The notes: generated from the sequence alone by a model not told the origin. 64,000 nt of DNA from a bacterium (GCA_021796435.1 JAJYXM010000016.1:182625-246624); one strand, 5' to 3'. Counted from the stretch's first letter, positions 31,901 to 40,563 are shown. Numbers and translations are program-made.

Positions 31901-34900
31901 TGCTTTTGGCCAACGTCAATGAAAGGAACGTACAGAGCGTATCCACGGCTTTCTCGCAGAATGCGCAGGTAAAGGACGATCCGACCTTGGCGCAAGCTTT
32001 TCCGGGTTCGACTTGTCGTGCATATCCGGATGCAGCTTCGCCATACCCGAATAAGTTCGTGTCCGAGTGGGATTACGTGAAGGATCCGCCGCAACCTACA
32101 CAGTATCTTTCGGGTTTTGAAGGTGTAGCGCTATGCGCATACGGTGAGGACTGCGATTGCAGCTATAGGCGTCTGTCTTATGGCGGAGTGTATAAATACT
32201 ACGCGCCATATAGCGGCGTAACTCCGTCGGGCGTGTGTGTCGGTGGCAGCCGTAACGGCGAATCGTGCACACCGGGCGCTACGGGCGGGCAGGGCGAAAG
32301 CTCAAGCACCACGACATCTTCAGGCAATTCGGAGTATGCCGGTAACGATTGCGGAATGGGAGGAGCCTGCAGCGAGCTGCAGTCAAGCTCCTTGATCCGT
32401 GGCATCTTCGGTAACTGCCTGCAGTATGATTATTCGAGGACGCTGGGTAATACCCAGGATATGCATCCGTGCTTGGTCTGGAGTCCGACACCGGTGCTGC
32501 AAGGCGAGCAGGACGTGTATCATTACCAGCCGACTGCAGGATACCTGCCGCCGATGAATTCAGGCCAGTATTATTGCTTGTCCAGCGCCAAGGAACCAAG
32601 GGTTTTGAAGGCACAGGTGCCGAATCAGTTGACCAATTGGGAGTTCAGTTTCAAAGGTGCGGCTGGAGGCGCTATAACAACGGCGCAGGCGCCACCCGAC
32701 AGGCCGGGTTACATAGTCGCCAAAGCCCCAGGTAAGATGAGTTTCTTCTGGTATCATGAATGTTTCGTACAGGATCCGGCTGCGATTTCAGACAGCAATG
32801 TGCCTTTACCCTTCAGCTTACCTAAGGAAGGTGCGCTGATAGGTTCGGGTGATTATAAGAATTGGTACGAAAATAATTGCGGCTGGGGCGCCACATTGGA
32901 CGGGGCTGCTGTCCGTGGTACGGATAGCGGAGCGGCATGCGGAAGCGTGCGTCAGGGTTTTGGCGCACAGGCATATGCGGAAGATACGCAGGCAGGACGT
33001 TGGGTCACGACAGGACAAGGCAAGAACAAGAATTATGCCGAATATTTCGTCGAGTTCAACGACAAGACTTGGACTGAATGGCTGCTGAATAAAGCCGTTC
33101 CCACTACGGATGAAATCGCAAAAGCCTCACTTGAGAATAATTTCACCTATTTCGACTTCCGCCCGATGTATAAGACGGGTGCCGGAGGGACCTGGTCGTG
33201 CGGCCAGTCCGGTTGGTGGGTGGATGAGTTCCCGACGGAAGGCGGAACGGCAGGAGTGGATAAGGCCGGGAATGAGATCGTGAAGCGTGAATTGGCGGAT
33301 ATGAAACGCCTGACTCCGCAGGGCGCTGGTTTCCTGAAGAACGAAGATGGTTCGCATCTTTTGAGGCTGCCGTGTAAAGACAAGACGCATTCGGATCCAA
33401 CAAACGGTGACGGCTACTGCTATTACAAGTATTGGGAAATGGATTTCCATGCGGATGGCCAGACGAAGTTCCGGAGATTCAACGAATCAATCGGCGGACC
33501 GAGAGAGCTTAAATCGGACGACGTGTTCTATGCAGAAAGCGAAGGCGGAAAACCGTATTTCGCCATCCGTGCCATGTTCGAGGATACTGTTCCGGAAGAT
33601 AACCTGCTTGATGAAGACATGTCGGATCCTTCGGGCAGCCAATTGGCCGGTCCGTTCAAGTTCGTCGGTTGGTGGGTGACGGCTAGTTTCCCTGGAGCTA
33701 CGAATGCGCGATATATCTACATGTATATGGATGTGGGTCACGCCGATATCTGCAAGGAAGTGGGCAGCGTGGCCTCGGATAACGGAGGGGACACTGCAGC
33801 CTTCACGGATCGCGTGTGGGATCAGGGCACATATGCCATACCCAGCTTGGGCTTTAACGTCGGTACGACCAATAATCCATTCGGTGCCGCGAAACATACC
33901 AAGCAGATAGGTGCGGAACCCCTCATCATGTCCGGTACATTGGACAAGACGGCATACAAAGTCGGCGTAAATAAGCCTACATTCCTTTCGTCCGGTGCTG
34001 AATATTTCCGTTTGGGTGATGCGCCAACAGGCAATTGGGCATGGCTAAGCGATATCTTCGCTAAGATATACAAGATATACCGTTGGAACGAACAACCGGT
34101 CACCAAGACGAGCTGGGCTTGCGTCGCAGGACCGAGACAAGGCGAACGTTGTCCGGATTTGACCACGTACTACGATAAGACCAAGAAAGATGCTTTCAAC
34201 AATAACGCGTGCAATCCGTTGTTGGATAAGAGCTGCACGGGTGGTTTCGCGATCTGGGATCAAGGCGCAACTTCTTCGGCTAAATATTGTGGCTATCAGG
34301 GTAATTGCAATCCGGAGCTGATAGACATACGCGATCCGAGCTTGGCTTTCTGTAATTCATTGTCCGGAGTCAATGCTGGCCTGGCTTGCGGGCCGGGTGG
34401 TGGGGTCAATATCGGTCAATATGATGTGTGCCACGCTGGTCCGGTCAAGAGCGTAAACGGCAAACTGACTCCACAGTTCACGTCATGCGGCATGAGCGAT
34501 TATTGGGAGCAACTGGCGGATACGAATCTTTACTCCTTGAAGGACGATGCCTGTGCGGGTTTGACCGGTACTAAATTGACCCAATGTACTGCCGAAATAG
34601 CAGCGATAACGAAGGATTGCACGGATAATAGCTTTACGGATCAGAACGGAAGCCCCTGTAAACATCTGGTCCGTAGCAGCGCGGCACAAGTCGGAGCTTT
34701 CTGGTGCGCGAATGACGGTGTGCTTTTCCCTGACGCAACGCCAGCCTGGTGCCGTAAGCCAAGCGGAGGAAAACCCTCGACGGATTGTCCGGTGCAAGTT
34801 GTCGGAAGCTGTGGATCGAACGGTTACTGTACGAACGAAGGTTACGAACACGTTCGTTGCACATCAGGGGGTGAATGCTCTTTCACATGGAAGAATTGGT

Positions 34901-37050
34901 GGTACAACGATATGAGCAAGCCATCAGGTATGCCAGATAAACCCATGCCGTATCCAGCAAGGCATGCGACATTTGACAACTGGAATGATACGTTGTCGGT
35001 AGCTTTAAAGGATTGGGCCTATGGGGACTACACAACGTGGCCGACGAGCGGTTCAGTGAATGTTAATTATCCATTGGGAGGTCATGCTATCGATAGCGGG
35101 GCATTTACCTTCGGTGTATATCCGAGGTGGATGACTGGAGGTATTAATAATGGTCTCGATGGGTATAAGGGCACTGATGGGCAGGATGCGACCAGGGATA
35201 TAGGTGGTAAGGATTTCGCTTATACCACCGATAGTCCAATCTATACTAGATATTATATTCAGAAGCCGGGTTCAATCGGTGAGGCTGCCTCACGTTTTCC
35301 TGGAACGTATATTATTGCTTCTGTGACTAAGGTAGGTAGTACCAGTATCACCGAAGGTTCGAATAATGTCTTTATACCTGGGCATTGTGAAAGGTTGCCG
35401 GTCGATCCCACCTCCTGTACCGAATATAGTGATATCGGAAATAAAGATACTGACGGTTGTTATGAGGATAAGGGGCCCTATGATGTTCCTTATTTCAGCC
35501 AGACAAACGGAGGTACTAGATGGATTGGTCCGGTAACTAAGCCGGGCATCTGCGAACTTGGCGCCAAAGAAGGCAGCTTCTGTCTGGATAACCAAGACTG
35601 CAAACCGGCCTGGGTGACGGATGACCAACAATGGATCGCTTCATTCATGTGCCAACCTGTCACGAATGTGAGCGGACAGTCGAGCAGCGGTACGTTACCT
35701 GATTACAAGACGGCGACTGGCCCGAGCTTCGATTGCAATGATCTAGAGGGTGATCCGAATTCGACTGATCTCGATAAGGACAACAACTCCTGTACGCATA
35801 AGGCCGGATACCAGCCGCGCGTGGATTTGTGCGGGTTGGATCCGAAACGCACGGAGTGTCTGACAGGCGTGGCGCAACGCGATAATCCGACGAGCGGCGG
35901 TTATATAGCTTCGTATGACGCCAAGAACGGATTGCCTCCAACGGATGTCACGGCTGGATTGCATCTTCCGACTTATCTGGCGGAACAGAACGGACAACCT
36001 CAAGCTGACTACGCATCCGATTTCACTTACATCTCTTACTATGCGCCGAAGCCACCGCGGATAGCTGCGCCGGACACGAATCAGCAATGTGCGGCAGCGG
36101 GTCAGTGTCCGATCGCGGCGGTCGATGCCTTCAACTTGGAGGGGACGACCGAGGGCAAGGTAGCTTACGTGGGCGGGCAGGCTATCGTGACCATGCGTTT
36201 CTACGCCTGGGCGGCGGATAATCAGATGGGTCTGAAGGAAATGACTATCGATTGGGGCGATGGTACGCAGCAGAAGTTGGATGATGTGCGCATGAAGAAC
36301 AAGAAGCCCTTCTGCGGCGTGAGCAAGGAGTGCGAGTTCGTGCCAGGCCTGACCTGCAGTTCGGATAACGATTGTCCGCCAGCGGCTGGCAGGTGTGCCG
36401 ATACGGGAGTATGTAACCGCAAGCCGGAGGTCTCGTGTCACACTGACCAGGATTGCAGGGCCGGTTCGACAGACGATGATACCTGTAATATCCGTGTCGG
36501 ATTCGGATCAAGCAACGATGCATGCGAACAGAACTATTTCGAATTCACGCACGTCTATACCTGTGACAAGACGCAGCAAGCTGACACGACTTACGCCTGT
36601 TTGACCGCGGGGGGACGTTGTTCGAATGACAATACGCGTATTTGTGGAGGCGCCTTCAAATGCATCGCTGGTGACACCTGCATACAGAATATGGCACAAC
36701 CTGGTGGTTGCTTCGACGCGACGAATGCCGCATGTCGATATACGCCACGCATCCTGATCAAGGATAATTGGGGTTGGTGTACTGGAGAGTGTCGAGTGCA
36801 GGATTTGGGTGGCGGTAAGCTTGGCTTGGGCTTCAAAGACGCGGATGGTGTAGCGCGGAACAACATCCTATTGCCGAATGGCGGATGCTATGACGCCAGT
36901 GGAATCTATCTGAATACTAATCCAACATTGCCATTGAATGTCGCGCAGTCGCAAGACAAGACGAACATGTGCAATCCGGATAACAGCGGGTCGTTCTACA
37001 GGCCATGGATCGTGTTCAAAGGCGCGCTACAGTTGGGAGTAGCGCCATAG
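25954..37050 (+). CDS. giant cysteine-rich cell-surface protein (3698 aa) with CBM-like and PKD-like segments
   Basis: Uninterrupted 11.1-kb ORF with an N-terminal signal-anchor (LGGVLLAIVVFGWLP). Two segments resemble galactose-binding-like / CBM4_9 modules (NLIKNSSFENDD...GKLDGWFKF... and ...YSLKIDNSN...WKRFEIGPF...). A PKD-like motif (IDWGDGT) and many paired Cys (about 190) are present. Confidence 0.85.
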   Translation: MKARSGPLSSGAAKVALGGVLLAIVVFGWLPREAKAIVIDQNPANQGPAAAGMANLEACIQIGKAIDSGSYSPTGGLVTEISAVYKNDCNYTQLLEMRQAEIAGQWQFAITRALLGTLNKFTQQVGQNLANWVLEGAHGNPTFYKKNFWGFLKDVGQDFTNRFIDDVDKQWGLGLCQPISLSMKLGIPFAPLPIDEPDCTLAGVRNAFEQTYKQLTPHELANTFMDALRDGRNNPLEFQLRINSMAVIGREEAKQGAAQQRQENAGMNTMTVGPLSSSIKTPALIVQQTLDAQNPAKLMNEVTQAQMTSYAWEAMTAGLQQLPQIAGMAFLTTLAEGALNKLLNYWFTDNSEATTDVYQIDLTNPYAQQNAQPKTGDATKKIFTDIITPNLRTSDEVNFLSEMTVCADMRGYWNCTLDEALANALLEGGTNGGITVLKAAGMTSDNIGVQPVLHKDWELIPITEAKDNQDPGCFQRSYCASNLAKLRFARIIPIGWELAANSPYNKKVNGKYVTLEAVIRGFNDCNDSGQADATHPWCHLINPSWVLTAVPFKCQLKGYGQMLMAPGMNARIQECTDLVSCLQRDDKGNCLGAYGYCMAEKTVWRFGGDQCDEKYVSCRTYTSRSDGPHQGDTLSLTRNTIDYGACNQDNIGCMYYLTTPDISTSTTGKWVDKATVIKSNGVVKGADIHQTPRVYFDSSVESCDASGNGCTKVLKVEQGKPSLNLIKNSSFENDDAKNPGKLDGWFKFLDGSPYQYTAFLADVGDSSRTGSRGIEVTGSPDYNTAPFQQVTIYPLRNYVLSFYARTNNSAGTHKASVSLVLNRNFAPALSQSSLVAQVAGQTYFRSSACLSNISSLAVGFPSFINSNNTVSAGSSQLTEEWQRFTCEFVSNADVTGGRIFVGGAGAAIEDVQLEEGDKATDYLESLSSGLKSEYLKLPPEVYGCIGDDKSDRAECKSFARMCSQADAGCQGYTDSSGADPTEVPAILSTGDYCPSTCVGYAEYLKMPSAFDLVKTGAANPATDPLTDPNDDTTANFVPKYAAQCSADQVGCEAFTNLEAAAGGGEDTVYLTYARACQKPNDDSTTYFTWEGSETTGYQLRTWSLIKETNQTLPAPNLVGAPKILRKAGPDGILKDPADCDEQSWKDGADLDCRQIYDENGQAYYRYFSQTIVSSASCVDYRKNNQNADDCVKTGGDYRQATNDCVYHILASESNTCTAANAGCRAYLGSRGRNTANVFYEAFKDAAGNVPVYTAQSSVTLKVSTEALLVGDYSLKIDNSNTSQATVVNVDFDATTGTLYTVSFWYKTTNATAKTVTINLGPTAVGTFKTSSDWKRFEIGPFRATKGGKATLSWTGMPNTSYLDEISIQRLQDVSYVVKDSWTIPVECDQTPEGIPQAQAMLGCREYRDRDGNSVTVRQFSRLCRYDLIGCKAFIDTRNSDDPYYQSFTLKGLAYPQTAKPWDTLYAGDDQVYRPADRFVYAVDDPSFRCDQSQMSCRAFGKQKFDNLGIPTSTYETVYLKDDITKYVDQGNEPQMLCRPSELFCDKFVSGPVTSYFRAPLQHICEWQDKVELEASTNPSYPKGQYSGWFVRGSSPPQPCYPEKLSGGQTFLGEFSGSPNYRGTTSACPADQSECTEFRDTNDHSDQSHPLGKPYFFINNNLLDKSSCGGKVDPLSGCVLFRDMNDSSLPFSAKATYAKSHAEGDSATDAVNCVSDPNNQYCKKAGTCTDIKLISCAKNSSGNNGYDCSSDPYVAPWLKTVPGSSCTSDADCSNDTSDDHTNGFIATGRCSVNDSNLVIKVKLDRDCQAWLGCSTQETVFDPAQGKYVDLCTALSLCDQLSGATDSQFCNHYIDRKSDATQAVMRQGQFLDQATYIDRPVTFTDWDYSGYTLPNHYQIPDIQSRRMAFELMNKRLGDLQPGLTKEYRDVAAVPFNKAKTITDLKFSYLNLCQVDQTGVVGYYIPKASGSPDYCYVAIDKAYSQLLLANVNERNVQSVSTAFSQNAQVKDDPTLAQAFPGSTCRAYPDAASPYPNKFVSEWDYVKDPPQPTQYLSGFEGVALCAYGEDCDCSYRRLSYGGVYKYYAPYSGVTPSGVCVGGSRNGESCTPGATGGQGESSSTTTSSGNSEYAGNDCGMGGACSELQSSSLIRGIFGNCLQYDYSRTLGNTQDMHPCLVWSPTPVLQGEQDVYHYQPTAGYLPPMNSGQYYCLSSAKEPRVLKAQVPNQLTNWEFSFKGAAGGAITTAQAPPDRPGYIVAKAPGKMSFFWYHECFVQDPAAISDSNVPLPFSLPKEGALIGSGDYKNWYENNCGWGATLDGAAVRGTDSGAACGSVRQGFGAQAYAEDTQAGRWVTTGQGKNKNYAEYFVEFNDKTWTEWLLNKAVPTTDEIAKASLENNFTYFDFRPMYKTGAGGTWSCGQSGWWVDEFPTEGGTAGVDKAGNEIVKRELADMKRLTPQGAGFLKNEDGSHLLRLPCKDKTHSDPTNGDGYCYYKYWEMDFHADGQTKFRRFNESIGGPRELKSDDVFYAESEGGKPYFAIRAMFEDTVPEDNLLDEDMSDPSGSQLAGPFKFVGWWVTASFPGATNARYIYMYMDVGHADICKEVGSVASDNGGDTAAFTDRVWDQGTYAIPSLGFNVGTTNNPFGAAKHTKQIGAEPLIMSGTLDKTAYKVGVNKPTFLSSGAEYFRLGDAPTGNWAWLSDIFAKIYKIYRWNEQPVTKTSWACVAGPRQGERCPDLTTYYDKTKKDAFNNNACNPLLDKSCTGGFAIWDQGATSSAKYCGYQGNCNPELIDIRDPSLAFCNSLSGVNAGLACGPGGGVNIGQYDVCHAGPVKSVNGKLTPQFTSCGMSDYWEQLADTNLYSLKDDACAGLTGTKLTQCTAEIAAITKDCTDNSFTDQNGSPCKHLVRSSAAQVGAFWCANDGVLFPDATPAWCRKPSGGKPSTDCPVQVVGSCGSNGYCTNEGYEHVRCTSGGECSFTWKNWWYNDMSKPSGMPDKPMPYPARHATFDNWNDTLSVALKDWAYGDYTTWPTSGSVNVNYPLGGHAIDSGAFTFGVYPRWMTGGINNGLDGYKGTDGQDATRDIGGKDFAYTTDSPIYTRYYIQKPGSIGEAASRFPGTYIIASVTKVGSTSITEGSNNVFIPGHCERLPVDPTSCTEYSDIGNKDTDGCYEDKGPYDVPYFSQTNGGTRWIGPVTKPGICELGAKEGSFCLDNQDCKPAWVTDDQQWIASFMCQPVTNVSGQSSSGTLPDYKTATGPSFDCNDLEGDPNSTDLDKDNNSCTHKAGYQPRVDLCGLDPKRTECLTGVAQRDNPTSGGYIASYDAKNGLPPTDVTAGLHLPTYLAEQNGQPQADYASDFTYISYYAPKPPRIAAPDTNQQCAAAGQCPIAAVDAFNLEGTTEGKVAYVGGQAIVTMRFYAWAADNQMGLKEMTIDWGDGTQQKLDDVRMKNKKPFCGVSKECEFVPGLTCSSDNDCPPAAGRCADTGVCNRKPEVSCHTDQDCRAGSTDDDTCNIRVGFGSSNDACEQNYFEFTHVYTCDKTQQADTTYACLTAGGRCSNDNTRICGGAFKCIAGDTCIQNMAQPGGCFDATNAACRYTPRILIKDNWGWCTGECRVQDLGGGKLGLGFKDADGVARNNILLPNGGCYDASGIYLNTNPTLPLNVAQSQDKTNMCNPDNSGSFYRPWIVFKGALQLGVAP

Positions 37051-37172
37051 GGAGACTTCGATATGGGCACGATGAATCGTGCCCACCGCATCTTTCGTCG
37101 TTCCCGTGAAGACGGGAATCCAGAAAGGGCCTGGATCCCCCGCCTGCGCGGAGGATGACGATGAACGAATGT

Positions 37173-37200
37173 AAGGGCGGGTTTTAAACCCGCCTTTTGG
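37173..37200 (+). terminator. intrinsic terminator after the giant gene
   Basis: gggcgggttt-taa-aacccgcc followed by ttttgg. Confidence 0.6.
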
Positions 37201-37217
37201 GTCCATAAAAAGCGAAG

Positions 37218-37245
37218 ACCTCCGGCTGTGGCGGGAGGTCTTGAG
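37218..37245 (-). terminator. intrinsic terminator of the convergent minus-strand gene
   Basis: Minus strand reads aagacctcc-cgccacagc-cggaggtctt followed by cgcttttt. Confidence 0.55.
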
Positions 37246-37262
37246 GGTGAGAGGCGTGCTCG

Positions 37263-37997
37263 TCAGCCGGAGACGACTTTCAGAGCTGTCGGCTCGGTGT
37301 GGCTTTGGCGTTTGAGCGAGCGGCGTGAGGAGAGAAGCTCGGCGGTGATCAGTCCGGTCATACGCCCGGCGATGTATGCTTGGATGGCGCCCTTGATCGT
37401 ATCTTGGACGGCGCGCAGATCAGAGAAATCGGTGGCAAGCAATAGTCGCAGTGCTTCAGGCGAGAACTTGGGTGCCGGGCGTTTGTCCGGTAGCGCGTAA
37501 CTTTGGCGGATGACTTCGCATAACTTGGGCTGGTCCTTGGTGCGTTCTCGCCAGGCTGGCCACGTAAGCAGCGGAGCGCATTCTTCGGCGAGTCGAGGGA
37601 TCCAAAGGTCAGCCAGACGCGTTACGTCTTCGGGCTCGATAGCCACCGCGACAAGAGGTACGTGCAAAAGATGACGTAGGATGGTGCGCTGGGCGCCGGC
37701 GTGAAGTGAGGCGCCTTGCAGAAAGAGGAAAGAGGTGTCTTCACCTTCTTCGAATTTGAGCGGGTCGATCTTGGGATCGCTGCAGATGCAGACGCTACCT
37801 GTCCTGTTGATTTGTCGCGCCAGCCTACGGAAGAACGAAGCGAGTTCGAGGCGATTGCCTTGTCGTATGACGATCGGCTGGATGCGCCGTTCTTTGCTTT
37901 GTATCGAAGCTGTTCCGAAGAGTTGTTGCATGGCGGGTGAATCCATCACGACAGGGAACGGGTCGCGTAGCTTGAGGCGTGCTTTTTTCGCGGACAT
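37263..37997 (-). CDS. degenerate sigma-54 interaction (bEBP AAA+) domain protein lacking Walker A and GAFTGA
   Basis: Matches NtrC-family central-domain landmarks in order: DSPAMQQLF (ESPAMQ..F), FLFLQGASLH..QRTILRHL (LFLDEIGE....Q..LLRVL), WRERT.D (LRER.ED) and PEALRLLLATDFSDLRAVQDTI (PEAL..L..Y.WPGNVRELEN.I). The GESGTGKE position reads IRQGNRLE. Confidence 0.55.
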   Translation of the reverse strand: MSAKKARLKLRDPFPVVMDSPAMQQLFGTASIQSKERRIQPIVIRQGNRLELASFFRRLARQINRTGSVCICSDPKIDPLKFEEGEDTSFLFLQGASLHAGAQRTILRHLLHVPLVAVAIEPEDVTRLADLWIPRLAEECAPLLTWPAWRERTKDQPKLCEVIRQSYALPDKRPAPKFSPEALRLLLATDFSDLRAVQDTIKGAIQAYIAGRMTGLITAELLSSRRSLKRQSHTEPTALKVVSG

Positions 37998-38151
37998 CTA
38001 CCTACTTCTCCATGGGAAAGGGACCGCGCGAATGTAGCAGAAAACGAGAGTGGGGTCAAGGAAAGGGGTGTCTGCTGATTAGTTATTCGTTAGCTGCGGG
38101 GCTCGTCTGACATATCTCGAACAGGTCCTCAAACGGAGGGCAATGGACAGC

Positions 38152-38180
38152 TTGACAATCGTCGGGATGTGCATTATAGT
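38152..38180 (+). promoter_or_regulatory. nusA promoter
   Basis: TTGACA, 17 nt, TATAGT, about 120 nt upstream of nusA. Confidence 0.6.
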
Positions 38181-38188
38181 ATCCGCAT

Positions 38189-38217
38189 ACTCGTTCTGAT
38201 GAACGAGTTTCTTTATT
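38189..38217 (+). promoter_or_regulatory. leader hairpin plus U-tract (candidate attenuator) in the nusA 5' leader
   Basis: actcgttc-tgat-gaacgagt followed by ttctttatt, beginning a few nt after the predicted transcription start. Confidence 0.45.
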
Positions 38218-38297
38218 AACTAGGCGGTAGACAGTAGGGCGTAGGCGGTAGCGAAAGGGCTATAACCTATCACCTATGGACTACATCCTCTCAAATT

Positions 38298-39746
38298 ATG
38301 GCTTCACCAATCTCACAAGCGATACGTCAGGTGTGCGACGAGAAGAACCTGACCTACGAATCGGTACTCGAAACCGTCGAATCAGCTTTGGCTGCTGCAT
38401 TCCGCAAGGATTTCGGCAACAAAAACCAGAACATAAAGGTAGAATTCGACCCCGAAACATACGATGGCGGTACCATGGGTATCCGCGTTTTCGACGTGAA
38501 GACGGTAGTACCGGACATGGAACTCCCAGACGATTATTTCGAACGTTTCGAGGAAGCGCATGCTTTGAAGAAGCAGGAAGGGAAGCCGGGGACCCAACCA
38601 GAGGTGCGACGCCCACTGCCGGAAGCGATGGAGCAGAAGCCTGCTGCGGAAACGGCCGAAGGCGAGGAGGATGAATTCAAATTCAACCAGAAGACCATGA
38701 TCATGCTGTCTGACGCGCGGGACCTCAAGCCCGATGCGCAGGAAGGTGATGAGATTAGGGTCGAGTTGACCGTGCCAGCGGCTTTCGGTCGTATGGCGGC
38801 ACAGACAGCCAAACAGGTCATCATGCAGAAGCTGCGCGAAGCGGAACGGACAGTCATCTATACGGATTTCAAAGATCGCGAGGGTGAACTGATGAACGTG
38901 ACGATCCAGCGTCGCGAAGGTAGGCTCGTGCTGATCGATTTGGGTCGCGCTACGGGCGTGTTGTTGCCTGAAGACCAGATAGAGAATGAACGCTATTTCG
39001 CCGGTAACCGCATCAAGGCGATACTGCGCGAGGTGGCCATGACGCCACGAGGACCGGAGATCCGTCTGTCCCGTTCGAGCCCTGGTTTGGTGGCCGCCAT
39101 CTTCGCCCAAGAGATCCCGGAAGTAGCGAACGGCACTGTCGAAATAAAGAATATCGCTCGTGAAGCCGGTTCGCGCACCAAAGTCGCCGTCACGGCGCAT
39201 GATGATGCCATCGATCCCATCGGTTCCTGTATCGGACAACGCGGAACACGCGTGCAGACCATCATACGCGAACTGGGCGGCGAGAAGATCGACGTAATAC
39301 CGTGGTCGGAAGACGAAGCCGAATATATCGCAGCTTCGCTGCAACCGGCGAAAGCCATCAAGGTGGACCTCAACCGCAACGAGCATCTGGCTATCGTGCG
39401 CGTACCGTCCGACCAGTTGTCTTTGGCTATCGGCAAAGGCGGGCAGAATGTCCGTCTGGCGGCTAAGCTGACCAACTGGAAGATCAATATCGCGGAGGAG
39501 AGCGGTAAGATGGTGGCTGATTCCGAGGTCGGAGAATTCGGAGGTGAAACGAAGAAGCCAGTAGCGGAAGAGCCGGTAGCAGGACAGACCGCGAGTGTCG
39601 AAGAGGCGCCGGAGACCGTACAAGAAGCGGAGAGCAAGAACGAAAAAGCCGAAGCCGCGCAGCAACCCATCGAAGGCACGCAAATAAGCGACGAACAACA
39701 GACCGTAGAAGCGCCGGCTGCGGACGTCGAGAAGTCCGAGGAATAA
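38298..39746 (+). CDS. nusA: transcription termination/antitermination factor NusA
   Basis: 482 aa with NusA N-terminal, S1 and KH regions (e.g. ...GSCIGQRGTRVQTIIRELGGEKIDVI.WSED..., ...AIGKGGQNVRLAAKLTNWKINI) and an acidic C-terminal tail. Confidence 0.9.
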   Translation: MASPISQAIRQVCDEKNLTYESVLETVESALAAAFRKDFGNKNQNIKVEFDPETYDGGTMGIRVFDVKTVVPDMELPDDYFERFEEAHALKKQEGKPGTQPEVRRPLPEAMEQKPAAETAEGEEDEFKFNQKTMIMLSDARDLKPDAQEGDEIRVELTVPAAFGRMAAQTAKQVIMQKLREAERTVIYTDFKDREGELMNVTIQRREGRLVLIDLGRATGVLLPEDQIENERYFAGNRIKAILREVAMTPRGPEIRLSRSSPGLVAAIFAQEIPEVANGTVEIKNIAREAGSRTKVAVTAHDDAIDPIGSCIGQRGTRVQTIIRELGGEKIDVIPWSEDEAEYIAASLQPAKAIKVDLNRNEHLAIVRVPSDQLSLAIGKGGQNVRLAAKLTNWKINIAEESGKMVADSEVGEFGGETKKPVAEEPVAGQTASVEEAPETVQEAESKNEKAEAAQQPIEGTQISDEQQTVEAPAADVEKSEE

Positions 39747-39798
39747 ATTCTTGGACGGATTGCGCTATTGCGCGCAACGAATCGTCCGATAACAAAAT

Positions 39799-40563
39799 AT
39801 GACTGCACTCTTCAATACAATAATTTTCCAACCGATCCTCAACCTGTTGATCTGGCTGTATAACGTCATACCGGGCAGCGACATAGGTTTCGCCATCATC
39901 GCGTTGACCGTCATCGTCAAACTCATCCTGTATCCTTTGACCGTGCAGCAGATCAGGCAGCAACGCGCCCTACAGGATCTGCAGCCTAAGATCGATGAGA
40001 TACGCAACCGGCTGAAGGACGACAAGGATGGACAGGCGAAAGAGCTGATGGAGCTTTATAAGCGCGAGAAGGTCAATCCGGCGGCTTCTTGTCTGCCGTT
40101 GCTCATCCAGATGCCGATCTTCATCGGCCTGTTCCAGGCGCTGCGCAGCGGATTGTCTTCGCACAGCCTGAACTTGCTTTACCCTTTCGTCGAGAATCCT
40201 GGAGCCATCAACCATATGTTCTTGGGTTTGGTCGATCTGAGCCAGCCGAATTATGTGTTGGCCGTATTGTCAGGTCTGATACAGTTCTGGCAGTCCAAAC
40301 AGATATTCTCGAAACCGAGTCCGGCTAAGGCACCGCCGCCGGAGGTCCAAGGCACTGAAGGCGCTAAGGACGAATCCATGGCCGCCATGATGAACAAACA
40401 GATGATGTACGTCATGCCCATCGTGACTGTCGTGATCGGCATCTCGTTACCGGGTGGTCTGACACTCTATTGGCTCGTTATGAGCTTGCTGACAGTCATC
40501 CAACAGGCGATATTCCTAAAGAAACCCACACCACCCAAGATGGAGGCACAGTTGAGCAAATAA
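39799..40563 (+). CDS. yidC: membrane protein insertase YidC (short Gram-positive type)
   Basis: 254 aa with the YidC/Oxa1 conserved core (LPLLIQMPIFIGLFQAL, ...YWLVMSLLTVIQQ). Confidence 0.9.
   Translation: MTALFNTIIFQPILNLLIWLYNVIPGSDIGFAIIALTVIVKLILYPLTVQQIRQQRALQDLQPKIDEIRNRLKDDKDGQAKELMELYKREKVNPAASCLPLLIQMPIFIGLFQALRSGLSSHSLNLLYPFVENPGAINHMFLGLVDLSQPNYVLAVLSGLIQFWQSKQIFSKPSPAKAPPPEVQGTEGAKDESMAAMMNKQMMYVMPIVTVVIGISLPGGLTLYWLVMSLLTVIQQAIFLKKPTPPKMEAQLSK

Noticed and set aside
38382-39698. 438-aa minus-strand ORF
   Set aside because: Antisense to nusA. Shadow ORF.
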